Of a stretch of 64,000 bases of DNA, positions 1 through 13,280 are shown piece by piece. Location: the NCBI RefSeq assembly GCF_963921235.1, contig NC_086097.1:127970001-128034000 (forward strand), in the 5' to 3' direction. The notes beneath the pieces were generated by a model. The model saw nothing but the letters and a program-made list of their open reading frames with translations, ran no database searches and was not told the origin of the DNA. The first letter of the stretch is position 1; every line of letters starts with the position of its first letter. This DNA is from Mobula hypostoma. Its lineage: Eukaryota. The translations under genes and the position numbers were made by a program.

Positions 1-839
1 TGTTCTAACTTCCATTTTCACTGATGTAACCTGGAGTATGCAGTAAACACAAAGGTGTATGCAGCATGGCAACGTAACAGTTAATGCAATGTTTTACACT
101 GCCTACGATCAGTGATTGGGGTTCAATTTGTGCCATTGTAGGTCATCTGAGAGAAAGAAATCAGTTGATGGGAGAAAGATAACTGGTACCTAATTCCTGA
201 ATTAAATAAAATTAAATTGATTTTGACCATTTTTGCCTGTGTGTATGTGTCTGTATTTTTTTGCCTTTCAGATATTGAACATTTGTTTAATTATTGTACA
301 TTATTATTTTGGAAAAGGTGTGGGCCTTTATTGGCCGTCAGTCATTCTATGAGTGCAGATGAACTGAGTCAGGCTATATGCAGAATTAGTCCAGGCCAGT
401 GAGCCGACTGGTGCATGCTGGGAGAAACGGTTTGACTCAAGGACAGGTGGCCAGGAATCTTAGGACACAAGAAAATCTGCATCATAATGTCACTTACTTT
501 CAGGCAAGGTATATTCCTCACTGTGTGACAATCTCTGAGCTTTCTTTCATGAATAGTGGCAGCCAAGAGAAGTGAAGAAGCCCAATAGCTCTTGGTTTGT
601 GTCATCAATGCAGGATCAATGAATGAGGGTGCCTACAGTCTGAAAGATTGCATATGAAAGTTGTATCTAGAAGATAAAATGTCTCTCACCAATATTATAA
701 TGGCAATTTGCAAAGTCCAAGAACTCAAGAAAACAGGCACAGAGGAGTAATGGCTATAGGTGCATTGGGGAGTGGGTATGCCAATAGGGTCATGTTGGAA
801 AGAGTATGCCCTGGGCATGTTTGCTGACCAGTCAAGCAC

Positions 840-2825
840 ATGATTTAGGACATTGCCTTTAAGTGCACTATACAGCGGGAGGGTAAGTTCAACAGCTTGT
901 GGAATGAAGCATTAGTGGAATTTCACCACACCTAAAAATTCTTGTAGTTTTGTTTTGTAATGTGTGGCAGTGGGAAATCCATAATAGTGGCTACTTTTAA
1001 TGGGAGGGGTTTTGTACATCCTACAGAGATGTGATGGCCTAGAAAGTCAATGGTTGACAACAACCCAAACTGGCATTTAGCAGGATTAATTGTTGGCTTA
1101 AGCACTTGTAAAGTGTGCAGAGATGTGATACATTTCTGGATTTAGATGTATTAGTGACAATTATGTCATCCAGGTAAACAAAAAGAAAATCTAAGTCTTT
1201 AATATAGAGTCCATTAGCCATTGGAAAGTCTGTGCTGCATTTTTCAGCCCAAATGACATGGGCAGAAACTCGAAGAGGCCAAACAGTTAACACAGCCATT
1301 TTGGGAATGTCCACTAAGCACACAGGCACCTGATGGTAGCCCCTAACTAAGTCAACATTAAAAAAATTAACTTTCTGGCTAAAGGTCCCAAAAAATCTTG
1401 GTTGCGTGGGACGGTGTAATGAATGGGGGTGGTGATTGATACATGGGTGGCAACCACAACTGAACTTAGGGACGATATGGAGGGGTGAAGCCCAGGGGTT
1501 ATCTGACCTGTGTAAAATGCCAAACCTTTCCACGTTGACAAACTCGGCCTTTGCGGTGGCCCGTTTTTCTGGGTCCGGTCGACACACGTGGGCATAGAGC
1601 GGCAGACCAGTTGTGGAAATGTGGTGCTCGACCCCATGTTTTGTGACTGTAATGTTGAATGTGGGCTTGGTGAGGTTTTGGATTTTGCCCAGCAGTCGAG
1701 GAAACGCACATGCGGTGGTACATGCACTTGACAGAGTTGTTGTGGGGAACTTACTGGGGAAGCAGGATAATGACCCAAACTCCTTGACATCCACAAGCCG
1801 GCAGTTCTTAAGATCAACCAACAGTCCTTGGGCACACAGGAAATCTGCGCTGAGCAGAGATATAGCCACTTCATCCAGAACGAAGTCCCTTGTATAATGT
1901 CACCCATTGAAGCAGAGCGTCACCCATCATGTCTCGTAAGTCTGGATCCTGTTGCTGTTGGTGGCTTCCAGTGAGGTTTTGCGCTCTTTGCCTTCTGATC
2001 AATAGCACACCCATTTGAGCAGCCGGGTCCCATAAGAAGCGTAGCCCTGAAAGGGTCTCCATATTGAACAGTAGATGACCCTGGCAGCTGGAATCCACAG
2101 TATTCACAGACCTCTGATGCCATGATGTGCCAGCATTGTCAAAGATGCAAGTCAGTTGGTACTTCCTAGCGTTCATACCAAAATAAATGTAGTAAAAGCA
2201 CAGACCTGGTGCTGTCTGTTTCGCAGCCCCAGGTGTGTGTGTGTTAGAGGCCCTGCTGACCAGGCTTATTGAGGAAGGGAAAGGAGGAGGAATGATGTAC
2301 TACTGCTTAGCTGAGTGTAGATTATCAGCCATTTTAGCAATCTCCCTGTTGTCCTTCATGGGTGCATCAGCGAGGGCAGTGTGAACATGATCAGGCATTT
2401 GCTGCATGAAGAGTTCTATAAAAATAAAACAAGGACGGTGATTAGCAGGAGAGACAGCACGTGGTCCATTAGCTCTAAAGGCTGAGCATCCCCAGGCAGA
2501 GCGAAGAGAGCAACTGTTTGGCGTGCTCAGATTTTGATAGGGCAGAAGTCTGTAATAGGTGAGTTTTCAACGTGCCATACTTATTGCATTCAGGTGGGTG
2601 TTCAAGCAGACTCACCATTCTCACTGCTGTGGAACTACTGAGCGACACGATCATGTAGTAATATCTGGTGCCATCTGTGGAGATTTCTTGCAGTGCGAAT
2701 TGGACCTTGCTTGTACAAACCGAACCACGGCATTTTGCTCCCAAAACTCCGGCAGTTTCAAAGCAACTGCATTGGCTGACATGGTGAATAACTCCAGAAT
2801 CGTCCTAGAGCATCAGGGTCATCAA
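840..2825 (-). mobile_element. Degenerate Ty3/gypsy LTR retrotransposon, internal region (gag-protease-RT), 3'-truncated
   Basis: Frameshifted ORFs give gag-like (MSANAVALKLPEFW; YGTLKTHLL), protease-adjacent (LLSADFL...GLLVDLKNCRL) and RT motifs (WASPLHIVPK, DLVRGYHQVP, FVYLDDII). A PBS-like TTGATGACCCTGA lies on the minus strand at about 2813-2825. Confidence 0.85.
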
Positions 2826-2838
2826 CATAGATCTTTGT

Positions 2839-4845
2839 AAATAAAATGGCAGAGGCGTCTAAGAGGGAGTTGTATGACATGTATAGGAAACGGAGTAAAT
2901 AAGGTGCTTAAGGAGTATAAGAAGTGCAAGAAAATACTTAAGAAAGTAATCAGGAGGGTTAAAAGAAGATATGAGGTTGCCTTGGCAGTCAAAGTGAAGG
3001 ATAATCCAAAGAGCTTTTACAGGTATATTAAGAGCAAAAGGATTGTAAGAGATAAAATTGGTCCTCTTGAAGATCAGAGTGGTCGGCTATGTGCGGAACC
3101 AAAGGAAATGGGGGAGATCTTAAATAGGTTTTTTGCGTCTGTATTTACTAAGGAAACTGGCATGACGTCTATGGAATTGAGGGAATCAAGTAGTGAGATC
3201 ATGGAAACTGTACAGATTGAAAAGGAGGAGGTGCTTGCTGTCTTGAGGAAAATAAAAGTGGATAAATCCCCGGGACCTGACAGAGTGTTCCCTCGGACCT
3301 TGAAGGAGACTAGTGTTGAAATTGCGGGGGCCCTGGCAGAAGTATTTAAAATGTTGTTGTCTACGGGTGAGGTGCCGGAGGATTGGAGAGTGGCTCATGT
3401 TGTTCCGTTGTTTAAAAAAGGATCGAAAAGTAATCCGGGAAATTATAGGCCGGTGAGTTTAACATCGGTAGTAGGTAAGTTATTGGAGGGAATACAGAAT
3501 CTAAGAGACAGAATCTACAAGCATTTGGATAGACAGGGACTTATTAGGGAGAATCAACGTGGCTTTGTGCATGGTAGGTCATGTTTGACCCATCTATTGG
3601 AGTTTTTCGAGGAGGTTACCAGGAAAGTGGATGAAGGGAAGGCAGTGGATATTGTCTACATGGATTTCAGTAAGACCTTTGACAAGGTCCCGCATGGGAG
3701 GTTAGTTAGGAAAATTCAGTCGCTAGGTATACATGGAGAGGTGGTAAATTGGATTAGACATTGGCTCAATGGAAGAAGCCAAAGAGTGGTGGTAGAGAAT
3801 TGCTTCTCTGAGTGGAGGCCTGTGACTAGTGGTGTGCCACAGGGATCAGTGCTGGGCCCATTGTTATTTGTCATCTATATCAATGATCTGGATGATAATG
3901 TGGTAAATTGGATCAGCAAATTTGCTGATGATACAAAGATTGGAGGTGTAGTAGATAGTGAGGAAGGTTTTCAGAGCCTGCAGAGGGACTTGGACCAGCT
4001 GGAAAAATGGGCTGAAAAATGGCAGATGGAATTTAATACAGACAAGTGTGGGGTATTGCACGTTGGAAGGACAAACCAAGGTAGAACATACAGGGTTAAT
4101 GGTAAGGCACTGAGGAGTGCAGTAGAACAGAGGGATCTGGGAATACAGATACAAAATTCCCTAAAAGTGGCGTCACATGTAGATAGGGTCGTAAAGAGAG
4201 CTTTTGGTACATTGGCCTTTATCAATCAAAGTATTGCGTATAAGAGCTGGAATGTTATGATGAGGTTGTATAAGGCATTGGTGAGGCCGAATCTGGAGTA
4301 TTGTGTTCAGTTCTGGTCACCAAATTACAAGAAGGATATAAATAAGGTTGAAAGAGTGCAGAGAAGGTTTACAAGGATGTTGCCGGGACTTGAGAAACTC
4401 AGTTACAGAGAAAGGTTGAATAGGTTAGGACTTTATTCCCTGGAGCGTAGAAGAATGAGAGGAGATTTGATAGAGGTATATAAAATTATGATGGGTATTG
4501 ATAGAGTGAATGCAAGCAGGCTTTTTCCACTGAGGCAAGGGGAGAAAAAAACCAGAGGAGATGGGTTAAGGGTGAGGGGGGGAAAGTTTAAAGGGAACAT
4601 TAGGGGGGGGCTTCTTCACACAGAGAGTGGTGGGAGTATGGAATGAGCTGCCAGACGAGGTGGTAAATGTGGGTTCTTTTTTAACATTTAAGAATAAATT
4701 GGACAGATACATGGATGGGAGGTGTATGGAGGGATATGGTCCGTGTGCAGGTCAGTGGGACTAGGCAGAAAATGGTTCGGCACAGCCAAGAAGGCCCAAA
4801 AGGCCTGTTTCTGTGCTGTAGTTTATATATGGTATATATGGTTTG
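2839..4845 (+). mobile_element. 5'-truncated CR1 LINE, young copy
   Basis: Long RT ORF, CR1-type 3' UTR and degenerate octamer tail (TATATATGG repeats, about 4824-4840). A short TTTGT match flanks both sides. Confidence 0.95.
2874..4646 (+). pseudogene. CR1 ORF2 reverse transcriptase (lacks endonuclease; frameshifted near 3' end)
   Basis: 590 aa with KSPGPD, NYRPVSLTS, GVPQGSVLGP, KFADDTK and RPNLEYCVQFWSP. The reading frame shifts at the G-run near 4603-4610. Confidence 0.92.
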
Positions 4846-5018
4846 TGGGAAACCGAATCAACTCATTTTATTTTCAACCAAACACAGAACATAAAGCGCG
4901 GTAAATAATTCCACGCCATTACATCATGATGTCAGCCACAGCTTCTTAAAGTGAACTCCAACTCAGCGTTGGTGGTTGTGAATTATGCGTGTGTTTCTAC
5001 CACTTACGTTACCCGACA
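4846..5018 (-). repeat. Remainder of the 5' LTR of the gypsy element at 840-2825, split by the CR1
   Basis: Joins 2826-2838 across the CR1 (ATCTTTGT|GGGAAACC). The minus strand starts TGT at 5018 and has AATAAA near 4866-4871, and the rejoined LTR sits next to the PBS. Confidence 0.5.
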
Positions 5019-5045
5019 GTTATACTGTCCGTTATATTATGCTTT

Positions 5046-5206
5046 CCATAGAAACCATAGAAACCATAGAAAAACTACAGCACAGAAACAGGCCTTTTGG
5101 CCCTTCTTGGCTGTGCCGAACCATTTTCTGCCCAGCCCCACTGACCTGCACACTGACCATATCCCTCCATACGCCTCCCATCCATGTATCTGTCCAATTT
5201 ATTCTT
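5046..5206 (-). mobile_element. CR1 3'-end fragment, same family as 2839-4845, inverted
   Basis: Near-identical reverse complement of 4690-4840, with a (CATAGAAAC)n-type tail. Confidence 0.9.
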
Positions 5207-5682
5207 CTCGGTATTACAGCTGCTGTTTGTAAGGACAAAAGTTAGGCCATACCTGTTGACTTAATATCATGTGAGACCATATCCAAGAAAGCTGTTCTGG
5301 AAGAGGAAGGCCTGAGAGCATGTAATATCCACTGAATGTTTGGTTTATACTTCTCCGTTCCTTCTTTAAACTGACATGTCAAATTGAGCTCGGCAAATAT
5401 TAGGTAGCAAATATGGCTGAGTGTCAAATTTTTTGGTCTAATATTCATGCAAAGTGTCTTGGGAATTATTACCATGTGAAAGCAAAGATATGAATAGAAA
5501 CTGCTGTTGATGCTGCATTTTAAATGGATTATTGCTCCAGCTAAAAAGCAAAGAAATTTAATATATAAAAACATCGCATATTCTTGGCCAATGTTCAAAG
5601 ATCTATTTGCAATGTCAAAAAAGTGAAATGAAGGCTGCATATTGAGTTGGAGTTCTGGCTTGATTCCATTTCAACTTGACAT

Positions 5683-5766
5683 AGAGAGAGAGAGAGAGAG
5701 AGAGAGCAGAGAGAGAGAGGGAGAGAGAGGAGGAAAGAGAGAAGGGAGAGAGAGAGAGAGAGAGAA
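5683..5766. repeat. (GA)n microsatellite, imperfect
   Basis: Direct reading of the sequence. Confidence 0.95.
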
Positions 5767-8074
5767 ATGTGCATTTTCTGACTGATAGAAAAAGTATGAT
5801 TACACAAAACCACAAGCAATCTGAAATTTGATTTGCTTGATCATGTCAAAAGAAAGAAATTGGATCTCTAAATGGATAAGGTTGCAATGCAAGTAACAGA
5901 TTAAGGCTTTACAGAAAGTCATAGCCATAGAGCACAGAAGGCGGCTATTTTGCCCAACACCTAGAGCTGGTTATTTGAAAGATCCGCTCCCCCCTTTTAA
6001 ACTGATTAGATTTGAAACCTAGTTATATCTAATTCCCTCTAGTAATTTGCTAATGAATGTGCTTTCAGCTGGTGCAACAATTCGCTGGGGGGTGTTGGGG
6101 AGTGGGAGGAATTTACCCTCCATCTGTAGCACTGAACTTGAACTATGTAGCTGCTGAATGTTGTACTCCACTTCCAAAATTGACTTCCACGAGTTGGGAG
6201 TAATGGCGAGACACAGACGCTTAAAGGCACAACGTAGAATGTGATGATAAGTCTTTGATATAAGTGAATAATTAGACAAGATTCCTGTTGCACAATGCTG
6301 AATAAAGGCAGCTTTCTGTATCAAAATACTGTGCATGGTCAGAACTGTAAACAGTGTTAAAGAGGGCTTCCACTCACAGTATTTATAGAAAGAGAATGTG
6401 CTCATGTAAAATAACAATGCAAGGAGTAGGCCATGAACTAACCACTACCAATACTGATGTGGTTTGGTAAGGTTAAAGCTAGGAAGGAGATTTAACACAA
6501 CGGTGTTCCATTTTCCTGCTGTTTCCATTGTAGAAATATCCCATTCTCCTTGTTATTGGTGTCAATTATTAACAGCATCCAACTGATGCAATTCGATCAC
6601 ATTCAAACCTTAAAGACAATTCCACTTTACATTGGAATGTGTGACAGCTCATAAGTGTGTAAGCACAAACGAGAAGCAAAATATGTGCTACAAAAACATT
6701 GAGAAGACAGTACATGCATTTTCTTTTCATTAGTGAATTAATGGATCATGGATACTTTGAAAGTTAAATTAAACATGAATTACCTCAAGGCTTAAACAGG
6801 CGAGCCTACCATATGAGTGGCATGACAAGCTTCCTTAAATAAATTATATTCTTAAATATTTGCTTGCCTGTGTCTTTTTCTATCAGTCTTTTAATTGTCA
6901 CTTGACAGCCTTTGTACTGCAAACTCTTAGGCACAGACATGTATAGACAGATATGAGTCTGTGTGATTGACTACCTTGCTGAATTAGTTGGCTCTAGGCC
7001 TTGTTTACCACTTCAAATAGAAAAGCATGATTTCTGTTTTTAATAAAGCTGGCATCCAAGGTGAATCGTAGCTATCTCTCAACTCAATCATAATGAAAGA
7101 GGGATTACTGGCTGACACCTTTGAATTTAATGTATCACGCAATAGTTTCGTTTGCTGAAACCATTTAGGACTGAATATTCTTAGAGCAGTCATATAAATA
7201 CTGGTGAAGCAAACCAATTTTTCATTAAATCATTCTACATACATCTATTGTATATATTGTACATGTCAAGTATCATTAGGCAATCTATGATATAGCATTG
7301 TTACTCATGCACTCGGCTATAGAAGTAAATTTCTATCCGACCTTAAGTCTGTGTTGTATAATATTATTTCCCCAGCGATGGAACTTTTTTTTTATTGATA
7401 GTAGCTATTTTAGTGCCTAACTTGATATATATCTGTTCTTGTGCAAGGTTCCAACAAATGTCACAAATATAAATGTTTATCAGAAAAATGTTATGCCTGA
7501 TTAGAGGTAATGTTATACCTGAACACAATAGGCTCAGAAAAGTAGGACAGTTAGTGGTGATTTATAATCAACATGCTATGAAATCAAGATTCCAGTATTC
7601 TGAGGCCAGTGTGTAATTTGTTCCAAGTGACCTTTTCAGCGACACTTAAGTGAAATATTTCAGAGGATTACGAACTTGTGGCGGAAGGAACATTTTATGA
7701 ACAAGATGATCTGTGTGACTTATTTTACTAACATTTCAGCTGAAGTTTCCTAAGCGAGATGGTTGAATGGTAAGTTTCAACTAAACACCCATCCTCTATT
7801 CCTACAATGGTTCTCATTGTTTGAAAAATGACAAATGAACAAAGGGGACAATCAAATGAGTAACGTTATCATGATAATTTCTGACAGTCTATCTGGTTTT
7901 CTATTTTGATTAAGTGTCATCTTATTCACTCACATATAAGGGTCAGATGGTGTTCCCACAAAAGCTGAGAAGGAGGTGGAGGCAGACATTTTTGTAATAT
8001 TTAACAAGTACCTGGATGAATAATTGAATATGCAAAGAATGGGAATCTATGGACCAAAGGCTGGTAAATGACTG

Positions 8075-8490
8075 AGGACATCATGAAGGTCTCCCACCAT
8101 CCAGGTCCATCATTAAGGACCCCCACCATCCTGGCCATGCTCTCTTCTTGCTTGTGACATTAGGAAGGAGGTACATGAGCTTCAGGACCCATAACACCAG
8201 GTTCAGGAACAGTCATTACCCCTCAACCATCAGACTCTTGAACCAGAAGAGATAACTTTACTCAACCTCACTCACTCCAACACTGAACTGTTCCCATAAC
8301 CTATAGGCTCACATTCAAGGACTCAAGTTCTCCATATTATTTATTCATTTATTATTGTTTTTGTTTTCTTTTTGTATTTGCAAACGTTTTGTTGTTTGTC
8401 TCGTTGCACATATCTTTCATTGATTCTATTGTGTTTCTTTGTATTTACTGTTAATGCCCGCAAGAAAATGAATCTCAGGGTTGTATATAG
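8075..8490 (+). mobile_element. Rex1/Babar-like (L2-related) LINE 3' remnant
   Basis: Encodes a decayed IKDPHHPGHALFS...GRRY...TRFRNS motif followed by a T-rich 3' UTR. Confidence 0.7.
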
Positions 8491-9128
8491 AGTCATAAAG
8501 TCATAGAACAATACACTACAGAAACAGGCCATTCAGCCCATTTAGTCTGTGCCAATCTATTAATCTTCCTAGTCTCAACAACCTTCCTACTCAAACCACT
8601 CCACTACCCTCCCATCCATGTACCTATCCAAATTTCTCTTAAATGTTGAAATCAAGCCTGAGTCCACTACTTACGTTGGAAGTTCATTCCACACTCTTAC
8701 CACCCTCTGAAGCACACCCTTATATTCCCCTTAAACATTTCACCTTTCACCCTTAATCCATGATCACTAGTTGTAGTCTCACCCAACCTCAGTGGAAGAA
8801 GTCTGCTTGCATTTACCCTTTCTACACCTCTCATCATTTTGTATACCTATACCAACTTCCCTCTCAATCTTCTACATTCTAGAGAATAAAGTACAAACCG
8901 ATTCAACCTTTCTCTTAAACTCAGGTTCTCAAGACCTGGCAACATCCTTGTAAATTTTCGCTGCACTATTTCGATCTTATTGATATCTTTCCTGCAGATA
9001 GGTGACCAAAACTGCACACTGTACTCCAAATTAGGCCTCACCAATGTCTTATATAATTTCAACATAACACTCCAACTCTTGTACTCAGTATATTGATTCA
9101 TGAAGGTCAATATGCCTAAAGCTCTCTT

Positions 9129-11310
9129 CAGTGGCGGTGCCAGAGATTTTTTCTTGCTGGTGCTACAGTGGGGATGAATTATTCAGTGATGGTGCTGAGG
9201 GATGTACTGTATGGTAATATGTATTCGCAAGGTCAGACGCATGACATTCAAAAGTCAGTTTCAAGCATTATGTGCCGACTATAAACGCCTCTGTTGATTC
9301 ACAAGCAACAGCAATTGACAGATCTAATATAGAAGTGAACTGTGACAGTGTCAACAGCATCGGAGACAACCCGGGCTACACAGAGCATAAACAAACAAAC
9401 CAACAGAGCATCTGACCCACAGCGCACAACATGAATCACACACCAATCCCACAATCAGCGTCAAATGCATGCTTTTCAACTGAAAAACACAGCACTAACC
9501 CACAATGTCCAGGGCTATTCACATTACATAGACAGCCAATGCCAAAAGATGCACCGTTATTAAAGTCAAATAAGGCAAAGAACAGATGCAAGGCTTTACC
9601 AGGAGTTGGACAAATCGTGCTCTGACCATGCAATACCTCAATTAATTCGGCTATTGAATTTAAAACAAAAATCAACAGAATCGCCACTTGGAAGTTTAAG
9701 CAAAACCAGTAGGCTTAATAGCAGTAAATGTAATATTTTTGGATTTGCAGGAAACATAAGGACTATGGGGTATCCACCACAAAATAGTAATAATAATCAG
9801 CATTAGTCTTGGAACAAATTAAAAAAAAATCAGCTGCACTCACCATTAATGTTTTCAGAGAAGCTCAATCTGTCTTTAGCTGTGATTGGTTGCGAAAGCA
9901 TCAATGATTTTCTGGATGTCAAGTGCCCTAGTCCTCCAGCTGTTTATGGCCAATAGGGCCGAGTTGCTGTTCCGAGCATCGCCGCTGCTATTCCTTAGGT
10001 AGTTTTTGAGGCGTCTGAGGCAAGAGAAACTCCATTCGCATGAGGCAGATATAACAGGCAGAGTCAGTGATATGCAGATTAGTTGGTATAAATCTATAAA
10101 TGCATCGCGGTAGGGTCTCATTAGAGCTCGAAATTCCACTGTGTCATTCACTGTCTGTCCTTGTTAGAGACTCAACCACAGCTCTCGTATACTCACGATT
10201 TTCTTGGACAATCTTTGCATGTCGTTTATCAAGCATATTTCCCAATCTTGAACTGTCTTGTTTTCTCAATCTGAATTCGATCCATGCCTCCATAGCAAAC
10301 TAATGAGCTGCACTTACATGGTGGGTTTTGAAAGCTGTTGTAGCTTTCCGTCAGTTGCAGTAACCGGTGACAGTGAAGGTAGACTCAGAATGGAACCCAT
10401 GTCCTCCACACAGGAAATGCCTGCATGCGAAGCGGAATGTAGTATTTTTTGTGATCGAATATTCCAGCCAGGAGTACAGGTCAAACCAGCCACGAATAAA
10501 ACTCCTTTGCTCATTGCCAAGCTGTTGCGGGCAGCGAAGGGTACTTTTTCAATGCTGGCCAATGGGGTCTTTCCTCGGGCTGCTGGCTAACATCGCTAAC
10601 AGTATTCCCACTAGCACTAAGAGCAGCTTCATCCACGTTCTCTTCCAAATCCTGCTCCATTTCTTGTTCCTGTGCTTCGCCCTCACTGAATGAACTGCTC
10701 GATGAACTGCTGTCGTCCTCATCCCCACTTACTCCTTTCTGCATGTCACTTTCAACTAAGACAGGCTCAGGCTGAGACACCACTGATTCCTCTGGACGAG
10801 GTAGTTTTCTCACTAAAAATCATTCCATTTTTCACGCCGGCCAAAATAACGCACGTTCCAGGCCCACGCTATCTTGTAAAAGCACGATGTGTGTGAGTGT
10901 GTGGCATCCGTTAGTCTCGCGAGACCATGGATCTGCGCCTGGATGTATACTATCAATCTCTCGCATGAGTGAGAGTGAGTGACATCACCACCTTAAGTGA
11001 TCTTAGATCAGCTTAACTGATCTGAAGACAACAATGGCAAGACATTGACAACGAACAAATAAGCAGAAATGTAGAGTGGATCTGACAGAGTTTATAACTT
11101 TACTGCTGCGTGGGTGCTACGGTAATTGGGGGCGCTGTTTCACTAGATCAACTAGAGAAACAAGCTGTATTCAAAACTATACAGAGAAAGCAAGGCAGCT
11201 GCAATTTGTATGTGAAATTTCAGTTGATTTCTTGGTAGTGCTCTAATGGTGCTATTGTAATTTCTGCTGGGGCTATAGCACCAGCTAGCACCACCTTAGC
11301 ACCGCCCCTG
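9129..11310 (-). mobile_element. Non-autonomous hAT DNA transposon (internally deleted ZMYM1-like transposase)
   Basis: Perfect 8-bp TSD GCTCTCTT (9121-9128 and 11311-11318). Terminal inverted repeats (TIRs) CAGTGGCGGTGC and CAGGGGCGGTGC. TTF-type zinc-finger motif FIRGWFDLYSWLEYS (about 10455-10500) and hAT dimerization motif LPVISASCEWSFSCLRRLKNYLR (ORF 9876-10151). Confidence 0.93.
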
Positions 11311-13076
11311 GCTCTCTTTATGACCCTATCTACCTATGACATCACTTTCAAGAAATTATGGATCTGTATTCCCTGATTCCTCTGTTCTACTACATTTCTC
11401 AGTGCCCTACCACTCACCGTGCAAGTCCTACCTTGGTTGGTCCTCCTTAAATGCAACACCTCATACATGCCTGCATTACATTCCATCTGCCATTTTCAGC
11501 CCATTTTTTGAGCAGATCCAGATTCACTACAAACTCTGATAGTCTGCTATACCCCTAATTTTGGAGTCATCTGCAAATTTGCTCATTCAGTTTTCCACGT
11601 TATCATCCAGATTATTGGTATAGATGAAAAACAACAATGAACCCAGTACCAATCCCTGCAGCACACCACTAGCTACTGGCCCCCAGTTACAGAGGCAACA
11701 CTCTCTGGCTTCTCCCACAAAGCCAATTTACTACCTCATCTTGAATGCCAAGCAATGGAACCCTCCTTGACCAACCACCCATCTGGGACCTTGTCAAAGA
11801 CCTTGTTAATGTCCAAGTACACAACATCCACTACCTTGTCTTCATCAACTTTCCTGGTAACTTCCTCAAAAACCCCATATGATTGGTCGAACATAGCTTA
11901 CCAAGCACAGAGCAATGTTGACTATCCCTAATCAATCCCTTTTTATCCAAATACGTATAATTCTAGTCACTCAGAGTACCTTCCAGTGATTTTTCCACTA
12001 CTGATGTCAGGCTCACTGGCCTATCATTTCCTGATTTATTCTTTGAGCCTTTCTGAAACAACAGAACAATATCCTCCAATCTTTTGGCATCTCACCCATC
12101 ACTAAAGATGTTTTAAATATCTTTGCAGAGCTCCCTGTAATTTCTGTGCTAGCCTCCCACAATATCTGAGAGAGCACCTGTCAGGCCTGGGGATTTACTC
12201 ACCCTAATTTGCCTTAAATCAGCAGGCACCTCCTCCTCTATAATCTGCGAGACCATGACCTCACTGTTGCTTTGCCTCACTGCTATAGACTCTATGTCTG
12301 TCTGCCAAGTAAATACAGAAGCAAAAAAATCCATTTAAGATCTCCACCATCTCTTCTGGTTGCACTCTGATCTTCCAGAGGACAAATTTTGTCCCTTGCT
12401 ATCCTTTTGGTCTTAATATATCTGTAGAAGTCCTTTGGGTTCTCCTTCACCTTGGCTGCTATTAACCCTGCTAATTTTCTTCTCAAGTGCTCCCTTGCAA
12501 TTCTGATTTTCCACAAGTACGGTACCTCATTTGTTCCTACCCGCCTCTACCTACTGTGAATCCCCTTCTTTTTCTTAATCAGGGCATCAATATCTCCTGA
12601 AAACCAAGGTTCTCTAAACCAGTTATCCTTGCGTTTTATTCTGACAGGATCATATAAATGTTGCACTCACAAAATTTCACTTCTGAAGGCCTCCCACTTA
12701 CCAAGTACACCTTTGTCAGAAAACAACCAATCCCTACTCACCCTTATCAAATCTTTTCCTATACCATCAAAGTAACCTTTCTCCAATTTAGAATCTCAAC
12801 CCAGGGACAAGATTTATTGTTTTCCATAATTACTTTGAAACTAATGACATTAAGATCACTAGATGCAAATTGTTCCCCTACAACACCTGCACTGTCTCAT
12901 TCCCTAATAGGAGATCCAATATTGTACTCTCTCTAGTTGGGACTTCTATGTGCTGATGAAGGAAACTTGTCTGAGCATATTTGACAAACTCTATCCCACC
13001 TAGTCCTTTTACAGTAAGGGAGTCCCAGTCAATATGTGGAAAGTTAAAATCACCTACTATCACAATCTTATGTTTC

Positions 13077-13280
13077 ACACATCAAAGTTGCTGGTGAACG
13101 CAGCAGGCCAGGCAGCATCTCTAGGAAGAGGTACAGTCAACGTTTCAGGCTGAGATCCTTCGTCAGGACCGAAACGTCGACTGTACCTCTTCCTAGAGAT
13201 GCTGCCTGGCCTGCTGCGTTCACCAGCAACTTTGATGTGTGTTGCTTGAAGTTCCAGCATCTGCAGAATTCCTGTTGTTT
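13077..13280. mobile_element. 204-bp palindromic PLE pseudo-LTR derivative
   Basis: 70-bp inverted arms (13077-13146 and 13171-13240, 1 mismatch). 15-bp TSD ACAATCTTATGTTTC / ACAACCTTATGTTTC. Sequence matches the ends of the PLE at 49297-50588. Confidence 0.88.
13134..13169 (-). ncRNA. Minimal hammerhead ribozyme motif (variant)
   Basis: Minus strand reads gtc-CTGACGA-aggatctcagcct-GAAA-c-GTT-gactg. Core present, stem II weakened, GUU triplet. Confidence 0.55.

Noticed and set aside
5595..5819. Leu/Ser-rich ORFs
   Set aside because: They are translations of the (GA)n microsatellite.
9876..10813. Possible host ZMYM1-like gene
   Set aside because: It lies between TIRs with an 8-bp TSD, is frameshifted and lacks the catalytic core, so it is a transposon remnant.
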